DNA from: an uncultured virus (IMG/VR IMGVR_UViG_3300022868_000018) | Taxonomy: Duplodnaviria; Heunggongvirae; Uroviricota; Caudoviricetes | Virus record (IMG/VR): IMGVR_UViG_3300022868_000018 | Direction: 5' to 3' (one strand) | DNA length: 64,000 bases | Shown: piece by piece, positions 9,520-18,800 of the stretch | Position numbering within the stretch: the stretch's first letter is position 1 | How the letters are laid out: every line of letters begins with the position of its first letter | Translations under genes and position numbers: made by a program | The notes under the pieces: generated by a model | What the model was told of the DNA's origin: nothing | What the model saw: the letters and a program-made list of their open reading frames with translations, nothing else | The model's database searches: none

Positions 9520-10644
9520 TTAGAACGACCTCAGTACGTCCCCGACGATGACGCCTTTCGCAAGGTCGGCTTCATTATACCACTCGGCCAGCTTCGCCGT
9601 CACTACTGGCAGGTCATGCCACTCCTCGATGTATTGGCGCCCTTTCGCCCCCCAGTATTCCCGCAGTGAGGGCTCGTTCGCCAGTTCTCGGAGCCACTTC
9701 CCTGCGTAGTTGGGCTCTCGCTCGTCCGATGAGACGTGTATCCACGGCAGGTCTTCCGTCCGCTTCACGCCAACCGCCTGCCTATGCACCACCAACTCCT
9801 CCGCACTACAACCCACAAGCGTTGGTATGCCCATCGCCATCGCCTCGATTGCCCCCATGCCCGGGCCATACAGCATTGTCGCAAAGTACACGTCGGCCTG
9901 GCTGATGTACCAGCGCGACTGATGTTGTGGCAGGCCCGTCATAAGGCCAAGCTCAACAGCTTCGCCGTCATCCTGGAGCTTCTCGACCATCGCCTCGATC
10001 CTGTCCGTGCCCTTGTTGCCGCCCACCGTGTAGCCGTGGAGGACGTTCAGGGGGCTGTCAGGATCGCGTTGCCAGCGCGGATAGCGCCGGTCGATGATGT
10101 CGAGGTCGATGGGGTGCGGTAGCCAGTGCAGCTTCTCCTTGTAGCCTGCTGAAGCATATCGCAGCAGGTCAGGTGTGCTCACGAAGCGCCCGTATCCGGC
10201 TTCCGTCTCAAGCTGCTCCCACTTCTTATGATCGTTGCGAAGCGAGAAGGAATGGTGGTGGATGAAGACCTTCTTACCCCGCAGGTCGAGCTTCTGCATG
10301 AACCAGAAGGTGTAGGAGCTTGTCGAGTTCACATGCAGGATGTCGGCGCACATGATGACATCCTCCAGCCACTCATCGTCATAGCTCCCCTGATTGAGGC
10401 GTAGGTCGCATGATTGCGGCTCCCAGACCCACGAACGATCAGTCGTGAACGTCCGATACTCCCAGTCCGTGTACCGCTCGAAGCCCCGCTGCAGGTTGTA
10501 GCCGATGCCGCAGATGTCCCAACTGGCGATGTTCACTACCCTCGGATAGACGCCGGAGAATGGTTCGCGCCAGGTGACTGCACCCCATCCCGTTTGCGTC
10601 TGCTCTGGCAATACTGATTTCGGGCCGCCCTGCTCATTAGCCAT
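9520..10644 (-). CDS. GT-B glycosyltransferase (GT4-like)
   Basis: NKGTD, SQADVYF, GMGAIEAMAMGIP, GRQYIEEWH. Confidence 0.88.
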   Translation of the reverse strand: MANEQGGPKSVLPEQTQTGWGAVTWREPFSGVYPRVVNIASWDICGIGYNLQRGFERYTDWEYRTFTTDRSWVWEPQSCDLRLNQGSYDDEWLEDVIMCADILHVNSTSSYTFWFMQKLDLRGKKVFIHHHSFSLRNDHKKWEQLETEAGYGRFVSTPDLLRYASAGYKEKLHWLPHPIDLDIIDRRYPRWQRDPDSPLNVLHGYTVGGNKGTDRIEAMVEKLQDDGEAVELGLMTGLPQHQSRWYISQADVYFATMLYGPGMGAIEAMAMGIPTLVGCSAEELVVHRQAVGVKRTEDLPWIHVSSDEREPNYAGKWLRELANEPSLREYWGAKGRQYIEEWHDLPVVTAKLAEWYNEADLAKGVIVGDVLRSF

Positions 10645-10657
10645 CTCAGTAGTCCTT

Positions 10658-11887
10658 TCAGTCGAACATCCGTAGTTTGCGCTTCCAAGCTATTGCTTCC
10701 TCATGCTTCTCCGCAGCAGTGTAGATCACGCCATTCGCGGGTTTGAGCTTGCGGACAAACTTCTCCATCCGCTTCACTACCGCACGGACGCTGTGGAACT
10801 TCTCCACATAGGCCCGCCCCTTCTTCGCCCAGTGTTCACGGACAGCAGGGTCCTGCAGCTTGCGAAGCCACTCTGCAGTTGTCCCCGGCGTCACGTAAAT
10901 CCACGGCAGGTCTTCCACATTCTCGGCGCCGACAACGTCCATCTGATGTTGAAGTTCGATGTCGGTGCAGCCCACAAGCGCGGGAACACCAAATGCCATC
11001 GCCTCCATAGTGGCAAGCCCCGGCCCATACAGGTAGGTCGCGAAGTACACGTCTGCCTGGGACATCGCGTGGAGTGACACTTGGCGGTTTACCAGATGGA
11101 TTAGCCCAAGCTTCACATTCTCGCCCGCGCTGTCCATCTGCCCCACGATATTCGTGAACTCACCGGCGCCCTTGTTGGCCGCCGAAGTGAAGCCATGAAG
11201 CACATGCAGCGGCCCACCCGCTGGCTTCTCCCACTTCTCGCACAGAGTATCGAGTTCGGGGAGGTTCAGAGGAGAAGGCAGCCACGTCAATTCAGCGTGA
11301 TCCGGGTGTTGGAATTGAAGCAGGTCGGGGGTACTGACCAGCCGGCCATATCCAGCGGAGGTCTCAAGCTCGCCCAGTTCCGCATGTTCGAAGCGAAACG
11401 GCGGCCCGTGGTGGTAGATGACCAGCTTCTTACCGCGCAAGTCCTGCCGGTGCAGGAACGCCGCCACATGGTCCACGTTCAGAATCACCACGTCAGCCAT
11501 TGCGACAGCATCCGACACAAGGCCTGCGTCGAACTCATCCTCCACCAGATGGTATTGCTGCTCTCGCAGCCAGGTCTGGTTCTCGGTGAAGATGCGGTAG
11601 TCCATCTTCGAGTAGAGTTGGAAGCCCCGCGTCAACTCGTACCCGATCTGGCAGAGGTCATGCTTTGCGTAGTGGACTATCTGGGTGCCCTTGTGCACCG
11701 GCTTCCGCCATGTGACCTTCCCCCAGGCATCCTTTGTCAACGGCCCGCAAACCATCGGTGGTAGCCCGTCGGGGCTCTGCCGCTGCATGATCCCCGGGCG
11801 GCCCTCCGGCTTCTTCGTCGCATCGTCGGCGATGTTCCCCTGCGTAATGACTTTCACTTGCTTTCCGTCGGCTCGTTCAGTTCTCAT
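10658..11887 (-). CDS. GT-B glycosyltransferase (GT4-like), paralogue of 9520-10644
   Basis: NKGAGE, SQADVYF, GLATMEAMAFGVP, GRAYVEKFHS. Confidence 0.88.
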   Translation of the reverse strand: MRTERADGKQVKVITQGNIADDATKKPEGRPGIMQRQSPDGLPPMVCGPLTKDAWGKVTWRKPVHKGTQIVHYAKHDLCQIGYELTRGFQLYSKMDYRIFTENQTWLREQQYHLVEDEFDAGLVSDAVAMADVVILNVDHVAAFLHRQDLRGKKLVIYHHGPPFRFEHAELGELETSAGYGRLVSTPDLLQFQHPDHAELTWLPSPLNLPELDTLCEKWEKPAGGPLHVLHGFTSAANKGAGEFTNIVGQMDSAGENVKLGLIHLVNRQVSLHAMSQADVYFATYLYGPGLATMEAMAFGVPALVGCTDIELQHQMDVVGAENVEDLPWIYVTPGTTAEWLRKLQDPAVREHWAKKGRAYVEKFHSVRAVVKRMEKFVRKLKPANGVIYTAAEKHEEAIAWKRKLRMFD

Positions 11888-11924
11888 TATGCACCCCTTT
11901 GTTGTCGCTCAGTATACTGAGACT

Positions 11925-13052
11925 CTACAGATAGGCGGCATCGGCAAGCTGGCCGCGTCGCGTGACGGTGGTTGACCCATCGCCAGTTGTCCCTGTCTTA
12001 TCGTAGTAGTCAGTGCTGCCAGGGTAATCAGGCCCATAGATGTTGCGCGGTGCTGTCTCATCGTACAGGAGAAGCTCAGCGCCAAGGTAGGTAGCCTTGA
12101 ATATCACCTGATTGGCGTTGGAGCCGCCTGCGATCCACTCGAAGAGGAAACCGTCTGCTTCCGTAGCCCAGAGCACGTCGGCACCCTCGAAGATTGCCAA
12201 GGCGGTGCTGACACCATCCACCTCTTCGTCTGAATGAGACCACAGGATTTGTTGGAAGTCTCCTACGTCGAAATCGTAGAAGTTGTATGTCGCCGAGACC
12301 GCATTGAGTGCCATCTCAAACTCCTCCACTGCCCGGTAATCTTCGAGGCCTTTTGTCCGCGTCCAGTCCCACTCGCTGATTGACATACCAGCTTCTCGCG
12401 AGACGTGTGGCGACGGCACCCATGAGCCGAACGCTACTTGCGTCTCGGCGGTCAAGTCCATCCGCATCCCCGTCTGTATCGAGACCCCATCTATGAAAAC
12501 TTCACAGTCAGTGCCCTTTGTCCAGAATTGTAACCTGTGCCAGTCGGTCAGGTCAACTGATACTTTCGGTTCCCCATCAATATTCAAGCCGCCCGTCCGT
12601 AGCCACACGATAAACTGGTACGTGCCATCCGCAATCGAGAGACACGCCCCCTGATTCCGGCCACTGCTGGCCGCGTCTATCCTGATCCGCACGTCGGTCA
12701 GCGTCCCCACGGTGTTGTCCAGCGTCGCGACATCATGCGTGTAGTACAGATACTCCGCAGGGGTATCGTTGGTTATCTTGAAGATGCCTCTGTCGCAAGC
12801 GTGTGTGACCGCGCCGTTGATGTGCTCAGTCCAGGCGTCGGCATCGAGGTCGGGCAGCAGTATCCCGTCGTACCATACTCCCCATTCGTTCGAGGGCGAG
12901 ATCGCGCCGCCGCCGATGATGTCATCCCGCTCATCATATCCCGCAGGCCTCGGCTCAACCCACGCCCAATACGGCGAGGCCGCAGCCGGTTCAATGCGCG
13001 GCCCGTCACCAATCGAAGGCTTCTTCTCCCTGTCTATGGGTCGCATCAGCAT
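11925..13052 (-). CDS. Tail-tip virion protein, possible lectin/ConA-like domain
   Basis: DWHRLQF...CEVFIDG motif; coupled to upstream tail gene. Confidence 0.55.
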   Translation of the reverse strand: MLMRPIDREKKPSIGDGPRIEPAAASPYWAWVEPRPAGYDERDDIIGGGAISPSNEWGVWYDGILLPDLDADAWTEHINGAVTHACDRGIFKITNDTPAEYLYYTHDVATLDNTVGTLTDVRIRIDAASSGRNQGACLSIADGTYQFIVWLRTGGLNIDGEPKVSVDLTDWHRLQFWTKGTDCEVFIDGVSIQTGMRMDLTAETQVAFGSWVPSPHVSREAGMSISEWDWTRTKGLEDYRAVEEFEMALNAVSATYNFYDFDVGDFQQILWSHSDEEVDGVSTALAIFEGADVLWATEADGFLFEWIAGGSNANQVIFKATYLGAELLLYDETAPRNIYGPDYPGSTDYYDKTGTTGDGSTTVTRRGQLADAAYL

Positions 13053-15820
13053 TACAGTGCCTTCATGTAGCGCATCTGGAGCCGCGTCTCACGTTGAGCA
13101 ATGTTGTGCATCACGCTGGTGATCCGATAGTGCCCGCCGTTTACATCTGCCCCGGCGTAAGTACCACCCGCTATCTCTGCGACGAACCCCGGCTTTAGGT
13201 TATATCTGAAGGGCATAGTGATGTCAAGGAATGTGGGCTGCGGCCCTAGTTCCTGCGCGAGTTCGATAAGGCGGGCGTTCAATTCTGCCCGCGTCTGCAG
13301 TTCGCTGTTCTCCTCGGTGTACGTCACTGGCATCCCTGTATAGCGGGCCGAAGTCGTATCAAACAGCGACTCGTCATCCTGCCAGGTACTGCGGATAACC
13401 CGGCCATCGCTGGTCTTGCCTGTCACCGCAATGCGATTGGCGTACTGCCCCTGCTGCAGGAACGCCACACGCGATACCAGAGACTTGCTGATGTAGAGGC
13501 TCTCATGGTCGGTCACATTCGCGGGCGCATCAATGATCCGCAGGTCGATGCCAGTGCCCGGATTGCGCACGAGGTCGGCCGCCAGGCATCCTGTAGAGTT
13601 CCAGCCTGCGTCCTGATGTGTCGCCCAGTCCCCTGCCGTCCGCTCTGTGCGGCAGTATTTGCAGCCGGTGCGCACCTTATTCAGGCTCCGGTCGTACCAT
13701 AGCGCCGCAGATTCACCGCCTTTGTCAGCAAGGTCGGCGATGATGTCGTTGATATTCGCACCGTAGTTGTAGCGCCACTCATCCCCTGCCAATGTCAGGC
13801 CCAGGTTCTCGATGTCGCGCCATTGTTCCCCAACGCCTACATGGTCGAGCAGGTAGTTGATGGCCGCCGCCGGGTTCCAGCCACGGAAGTTGAGTTCTGC
13901 CCCGTCCCATTTCGTCAGCGCGATAATCCCCAGCAGGTCTGTCAAGCTGAATGTGGCATTGCGGGCGTCGCGGAGGTCGGTCACGATGAAAAGCTGCCCA
14001 AAGTCTGCCGTCTCAGTAACGTCCGGGCCGCCGCTGCCATCACTGAATACCCAACCTGCGGATAGTTCCACAACGCGGCCTGTGGTGAAGTCTTCAGTGG
14101 GCACATTCCCCGCCGGGGCCGATGAGGTCGAGAGGCGATTGTCTATCGTCAGCGTATACCGTTGCGATGTTCCCGCGCCCAGTTCGTCACTCAGCGTAAG
14201 GCCAAAACGGGCCTGCGGGATCGTCGTGAATGAGGGCGCACCGTTGTCCGTGACCTCAGCACTCTGGAAGACTTCTGCGGCGGTCACAAAGGGCGTGGTG
14301 AATGTAGGCAAGTCGAGTGCGCCAAGTGCAGCAGGATAGTAGCCGCGCTTGATTTCGATTTCGTACATGAGGTAGCCGGATTCTGGTATCGCGTCCACAC
14401 AGGCAGTGGCGCAGGCTCCATCCGCCACGTTGCAGGCTTCGATGGCGTCCGGGTCAACACCAGCGGCGATGATGCAGGCCTCCCACGTTGCCACACAGCC
14501 CGCCAGACACGCGGGGTCGGCACTCCCGCTCGGCGGTATCTGCCAGTAGGAACCATCGGCTCCCATACCCGTCACGCCCGGCGGGGCGGTGCTAGGCGTA
14601 GCCCAGATATAGGAGCCGATGTTCGCCTCGTTGAAGTTGCCGATGTAGAACGGCTGCCGCCCTACCGACGTATCCAGAAAGATCAGCGGTGCCAGCCAGT
14701 AGTCGCATTGCCCATGCGAGTTCTCGATACGCATGGGGCCTGCCGGCGCAATCGGTTGGTCGCGGTTCGGAGGGACGTAGTACGCAAAGCCGTCCTCGAA
14801 GCTGCTCTCAGTGACTGCTATCGCCTTGCCGATGACGCCGATTTTGTAGGTCTTGCCCTCCTTTGCCATCCCCTGCGGGGTGACCGCCGACAGTTCGCCT
14901 TCCGTCCATTCGCGCTCTACCCATACATCCGGCCATTCATGTAGATAATCGTCAGGACGAACGGCGGTGACCGTGTTCTCGAAGAGAGTGGGTTTGCCCT
15001 TGAGCGGGATGTGCAGTTGCCAGACATAGTGCCCCTCGCTGTTGCCCCACATGATATTCGTCCAGGAGGCGTCGGCATAGTTCATGTCCTCAAGGACCTC
15101 TATCATGTTGTCATCGAGCGCCGCCCTGCGGACGCCCGCGATGAAGAACCCGTTGGGGCAGATACCCGCCGGTTCGCCCCCGCAGGCAATGACACAGGCA
15201 TCATACGCCGTATCCGCAGCGGCAATACAGACGTCCCGCGCATCCACGCAGTTGCCCTCGCATACCGGATCGCCGTCGCAGGCGAGCAGACACTCATTGT
15301 AGGTCACGTTACAGGCCGCAATCGCAGCGGCGCGAGTAGTGGCACATCCTGCCGAGCAGCCCCCGCCGGCATCCTCCCCGTAGTACGTGACTGACGAGGA
15401 CTGCGGGTCCCCCAAGCCGTCGTAGCTCAGTTTGTTGTGCATCTCCGCGAAGAGGCCATCCTCGCTTTGGACCAAATCCCACGTCTCGCTGTAGTCACCA
15501 ACCCATGCGGGGGCTGGAAGCATCGTGTAGTAGCTTTTGGCAATCGCCGCTGTTACCGGCGATATGAGGGGCCGCAGCATCACGCCCTTCAAGTCGCGTC
15601 GGTTGACGACTATCGTGGTGCTCACGGGCCGGTCGCCAAACTCAAGGTACTCGCCGCCGTCGATGAAGCGCTGGAAGAGTTGGTGCTGGCCGAAGATTTC
15701 GGCGAGGTCGTCGTAGCGGAACCAGCCCTCGTCACCGGAGGCAACGTGATAGCGCCGCTGCTTGGAATCAGCGAGCTTCACGACGGTCGTCGGCGTTTTG
15801 TACCCGTATGGTCCAGCCAT
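13052..15820 (-). CDS. Large tail-tip/baseplate hub-like protein with Cys-rich inserts
   Basis: C-terminal hub-like region (YANRIAVTG...LKPGFVAEI...YRITSVMH); position after tape measure. Confidence 0.65.
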   Translation of the reverse strand: MAGPYGYKTPTTVVKLADSKQRRYHVASGDEGWFRYDDLAEIFGQHQLFQRFIDGGEYLEFGDRPVSTTIVVNRRDLKGVMLRPLISPVTAAIAKSYYTMLPAPAWVGDYSETWDLVQSEDGLFAEMHNKLSYDGLGDPQSSSVTYYGEDAGGGCSAGCATTRAAAIAACNVTYNECLLACDGDPVCEGNCVDARDVCIAAADTAYDACVIACGGEPAGICPNGFFIAGVRRAALDDNMIEVLEDMNYADASWTNIMWGNSEGHYVWQLHIPLKGKPTLFENTVTAVRPDDYLHEWPDVWVEREWTEGELSAVTPQGMAKEGKTYKIGVIGKAIAVTESSFEDGFAYYVPPNRDQPIAPAGPMRIENSHGQCDYWLAPLIFLDTSVGRQPFYIGNFNEANIGSYIWATPSTAPPGVTGMGADGSYWQIPPSGSADPACLAGCVATWEACIIAAGVDPDAIEACNVADGACATACVDAIPESGYLMYEIEIKRGYYPAALGALDLPTFTTPFVTAAEVFQSAEVTDNGAPSFTTIPQARFGLTLSDELGAGTSQRYTLTIDNRLSTSSAPAGNVPTEDFTTGRVVELSAGWVFSDGSGGPDVTETADFGQLFIVTDLRDARNATFSLTDLLGIIALTKWDGAELNFRGWNPAAAINYLLDHVGVGEQWRDIENLGLTLAGDEWRYNYGANINDIIADLADKGGESAALWYDRSLNKVRTGCKYCRTERTAGDWATHQDAGWNSTGCLAADLVRNPGTGIDLRIIDAPANVTDHESLYISKSLVSRVAFLQQGQYANRIAVTGKTSDGRVIRSTWQDDESLFDTTSARYTGMPVTYTEENSELQTRAELNARLIELAQELGPQPTFLDITMPFRYNLKPGFVAEIAGGTYAGADVNGGHYRITSVMHNIAQRETRLQMRYMKAL

Positions 15821-15821
15821 A

Positions 15822-18800
15822 TCAAGTCAATCCATGAAAGGCCTTCTGCGTCCACGTTTGTCCAGTATCGGTGCTGGTGTATTCTACTATAGCAGGTGCC
15901 GCTTCGCCAAGGCCCCAATCCGTCGTCTTGGGCACCACGACGGTGAGTTCGCGCGTCGTCGCGTTGCGGATGATCGCCGAACGGCCTTCGTCGGCAGCAC
16001 CCACAGTTTTCATGAGTCGCCAGACACCAACGATATTCGAGACGAGGTATTTGCTGTAATACCCCAGGCTATCCCAGTCATGATTCGTATCCGCAACATA
16101 GACATCGTTGCCGTCAACATGGTCAAGAATGGCTGCGTGGTAGAAATTTTCATACGCGTAAAAAATCAGTATGTCTCCAGACAGCAACAAGTCGCCCTGG
16201 TGGTATTGCGCATAGGTAGAACCTTCTGGCATATCCGATACCATTTCTGCGAATGACTTTTGCCACCAGTCATCGACGAATCTCACATCGAACTTCTCTT
16301 CCCAGAAGCGTTGAGTGAACTGGTCGCATTCTCCCGAGCAGTCCACACCCTCGTAGGTATCTATTCGCCCTTCCGCATAAACTCCTACTGGTGCCCATAT
16401 ATGCCCATCAAGCGGCACGGTGCGGGCATTCCTCATCGAGCAACGCATACTCCACGCACGGCCTGAGGCAGCCCCAATCGGATTGTCTGAGTAGCCCGTA
16501 ACCCAGAGCATCCCTGCGTCCGCAAAGATGTATGGGTAGGTCAACAACCCGAAGCGACGAATACCTTCCCAAGTTTGTCCGCTGTCGGAACTGCAATAGA
16601 CGTCGCCATGCCCATCCCTTTGCACAGCCGCCGCAAGTAGCCTTGTACTACTATCTCCAGCTATGCAAGCAGCCACATCCGCGTCCACATCTTCGTCCGC
16701 AATGACTATCGGAGAACTGATGGAAGCATGGCCTTCCGCACGACTAGACCGCAGCAGGTACTGCTTCTCATCCTTGTACGCGCAGATATAGAACCGACCC
16801 CCCACTTCGATACCATACGGTGCAGTGTAGCCTGCTTCGATGAGTTCAGCGGTTTGCCAATCGCCGTCTAACGAGAACATCTTGCGGGTTTGCACGTTGG
16901 GTTGGCCTTCGACCAGTTCCATGCGCGAGTTCGTGGTCAGGATATTCGCCCAGAGGGCATCTTCCGAATCCGGGACCGCAAACCTCTGCGACCAGCCGAC
17001 GCCACGCTGTATCTTGTGCTCGCCTATGGTATTCGGATCACTGAGGCCTACATCAGTTACCAAGATAGCGCCAGAGAAGTGCTGTGTGAGGGCGAGGTTG
17101 CCACCAAGTGCCGGGATGTGCAACCATGCCCACACCCATTGTCGCTCCCATACCCGCTCGAAGTCTGTGTTGCGCGGCGGGTAGTTCACGCGATACATGT
17201 ACTCAATGGCATCGTTGACATCGTAGTGGTGTACCACATCCGCGCCACTGCTCCAGTACCCGTGTTCATCAGCCCCTATATCGTCGTGGTACTCGTCCCA
17301 CGCAACCGCCGCTGGAGCTTTGCGGAAGATGATGCCGCAGCAGGCCGAGGTAGCGTTGGATAACCCGTGCATCCCGCCCTGAGCACACAGCACCCCGTGT
17401 GGCGTATAGCATAGCCCCGCTACCCCGCTCCACATCCAGCCCGAGAACCCGCACTGGACGCCGCCATAGTCCTGATTCTCCACCACATCCGTTGCATAAC
17501 CGATGGACAACACTGTCCCGTCGCCATCCTTGTAAATGGAGTTCCAGTTGGCAGGTGTTGCCATGTTCCAGCCTTCACCCACTGCATCCATCAGCCGTGC
17601 GTATTTCTCCAGCGAGTAGGCAACTGAGACATCCAGTATACCCGCTATCGGGTCAACTGTGTAGACTTCATTCACATCAGGGATGAGTTCTTCGAGGCCC
17701 TTCTTCCAGACATGCCGAGGCTGATAGAGTGCAGCACCACTGTCAGTCGCCCGCAACGCCAGTGTGCACCGTCCGTCAATCACGCCACGGATGCCACCCC
17801 AATCGTAAGAATGATGGCATTGGTGCATGGTGGTGGTGGACAATTCCGCTGCTGATCCAGGGGCAGCATCAGAAGGATCAAGCCGGAAGCCATTCAGCGT
17901 CCATGCTCCAGTTGCATCTGCCGCGAAGATGACTTCCACCTGCGTCACATGCTCCAGCCGTGCATAGCCAGGATACACCAAGTCATAGTACACGGTATCG
18001 CCATTGCGCTTGCCTGTGATGGTCAGCGTCAAACCAGCAGACGCTACCGTTACCTCCACATCCTTTGCAGGCCATGAATCGTAGAGGTTGTCTTCCACTG
18101 CTTCGGTGGAATAGGTTAGCTTCAGTTGCGGAAGCGTCACACCATCCCAACCTGCGGTAGGGGTCGCTACTAGTGTCGCGTATCTGTGCGTTGCCCACCA
18201 AGTGACATCCACGCCCGCGTGACCGCCACCCATGCAGTCTTCGTCGCTCCAGCCAGCAGGCCAACCACCAGAAACCGCAGTGTTGTTCTGATGGTAGATG
18301 TAACTCTCGGAAAACGCGCCACCTGCAGTCGCTGCAATCATAGCTGCGTTGCGTTCCCAGTAAGGGTCAATCAACGGGCCGCGTGTCAATGTGCCGCCAG
18401 CAGCAGGCACCGTGAAAGTCGCCGGAACCGCAGTCCCCACCGCACCATTCGTCACTGCAAAGTCGGTGCTCGTCCATGCCGATACCCGCGTTCCAGTTGT
18501 GCCCGACATATCGACATCTACTGCGTCAAAGGTCGTGGTCAAGTCGAAATACGGGCTGCTGGAGCAGTCGGTTGAATTGCACCCGCCTACATGGATGGGG
18601 ATGACTGGCACACCGCCGGGGGCAGTTATCGTGTCGGGTAGCAAGTTGGTGCGCCCACTCACTCGGTCTACCAACAGCACCTTTCCGCCACTCAGCAGAT
18701 CATAGTCATTGGCTGCGTATTCAGCCTTCTTATCCCAGACAGCATAGGGCGTCAGCCGCTGCGCGTAGGGGTCGAAGATGCTGTGCAGTTGCGCCTGCGT

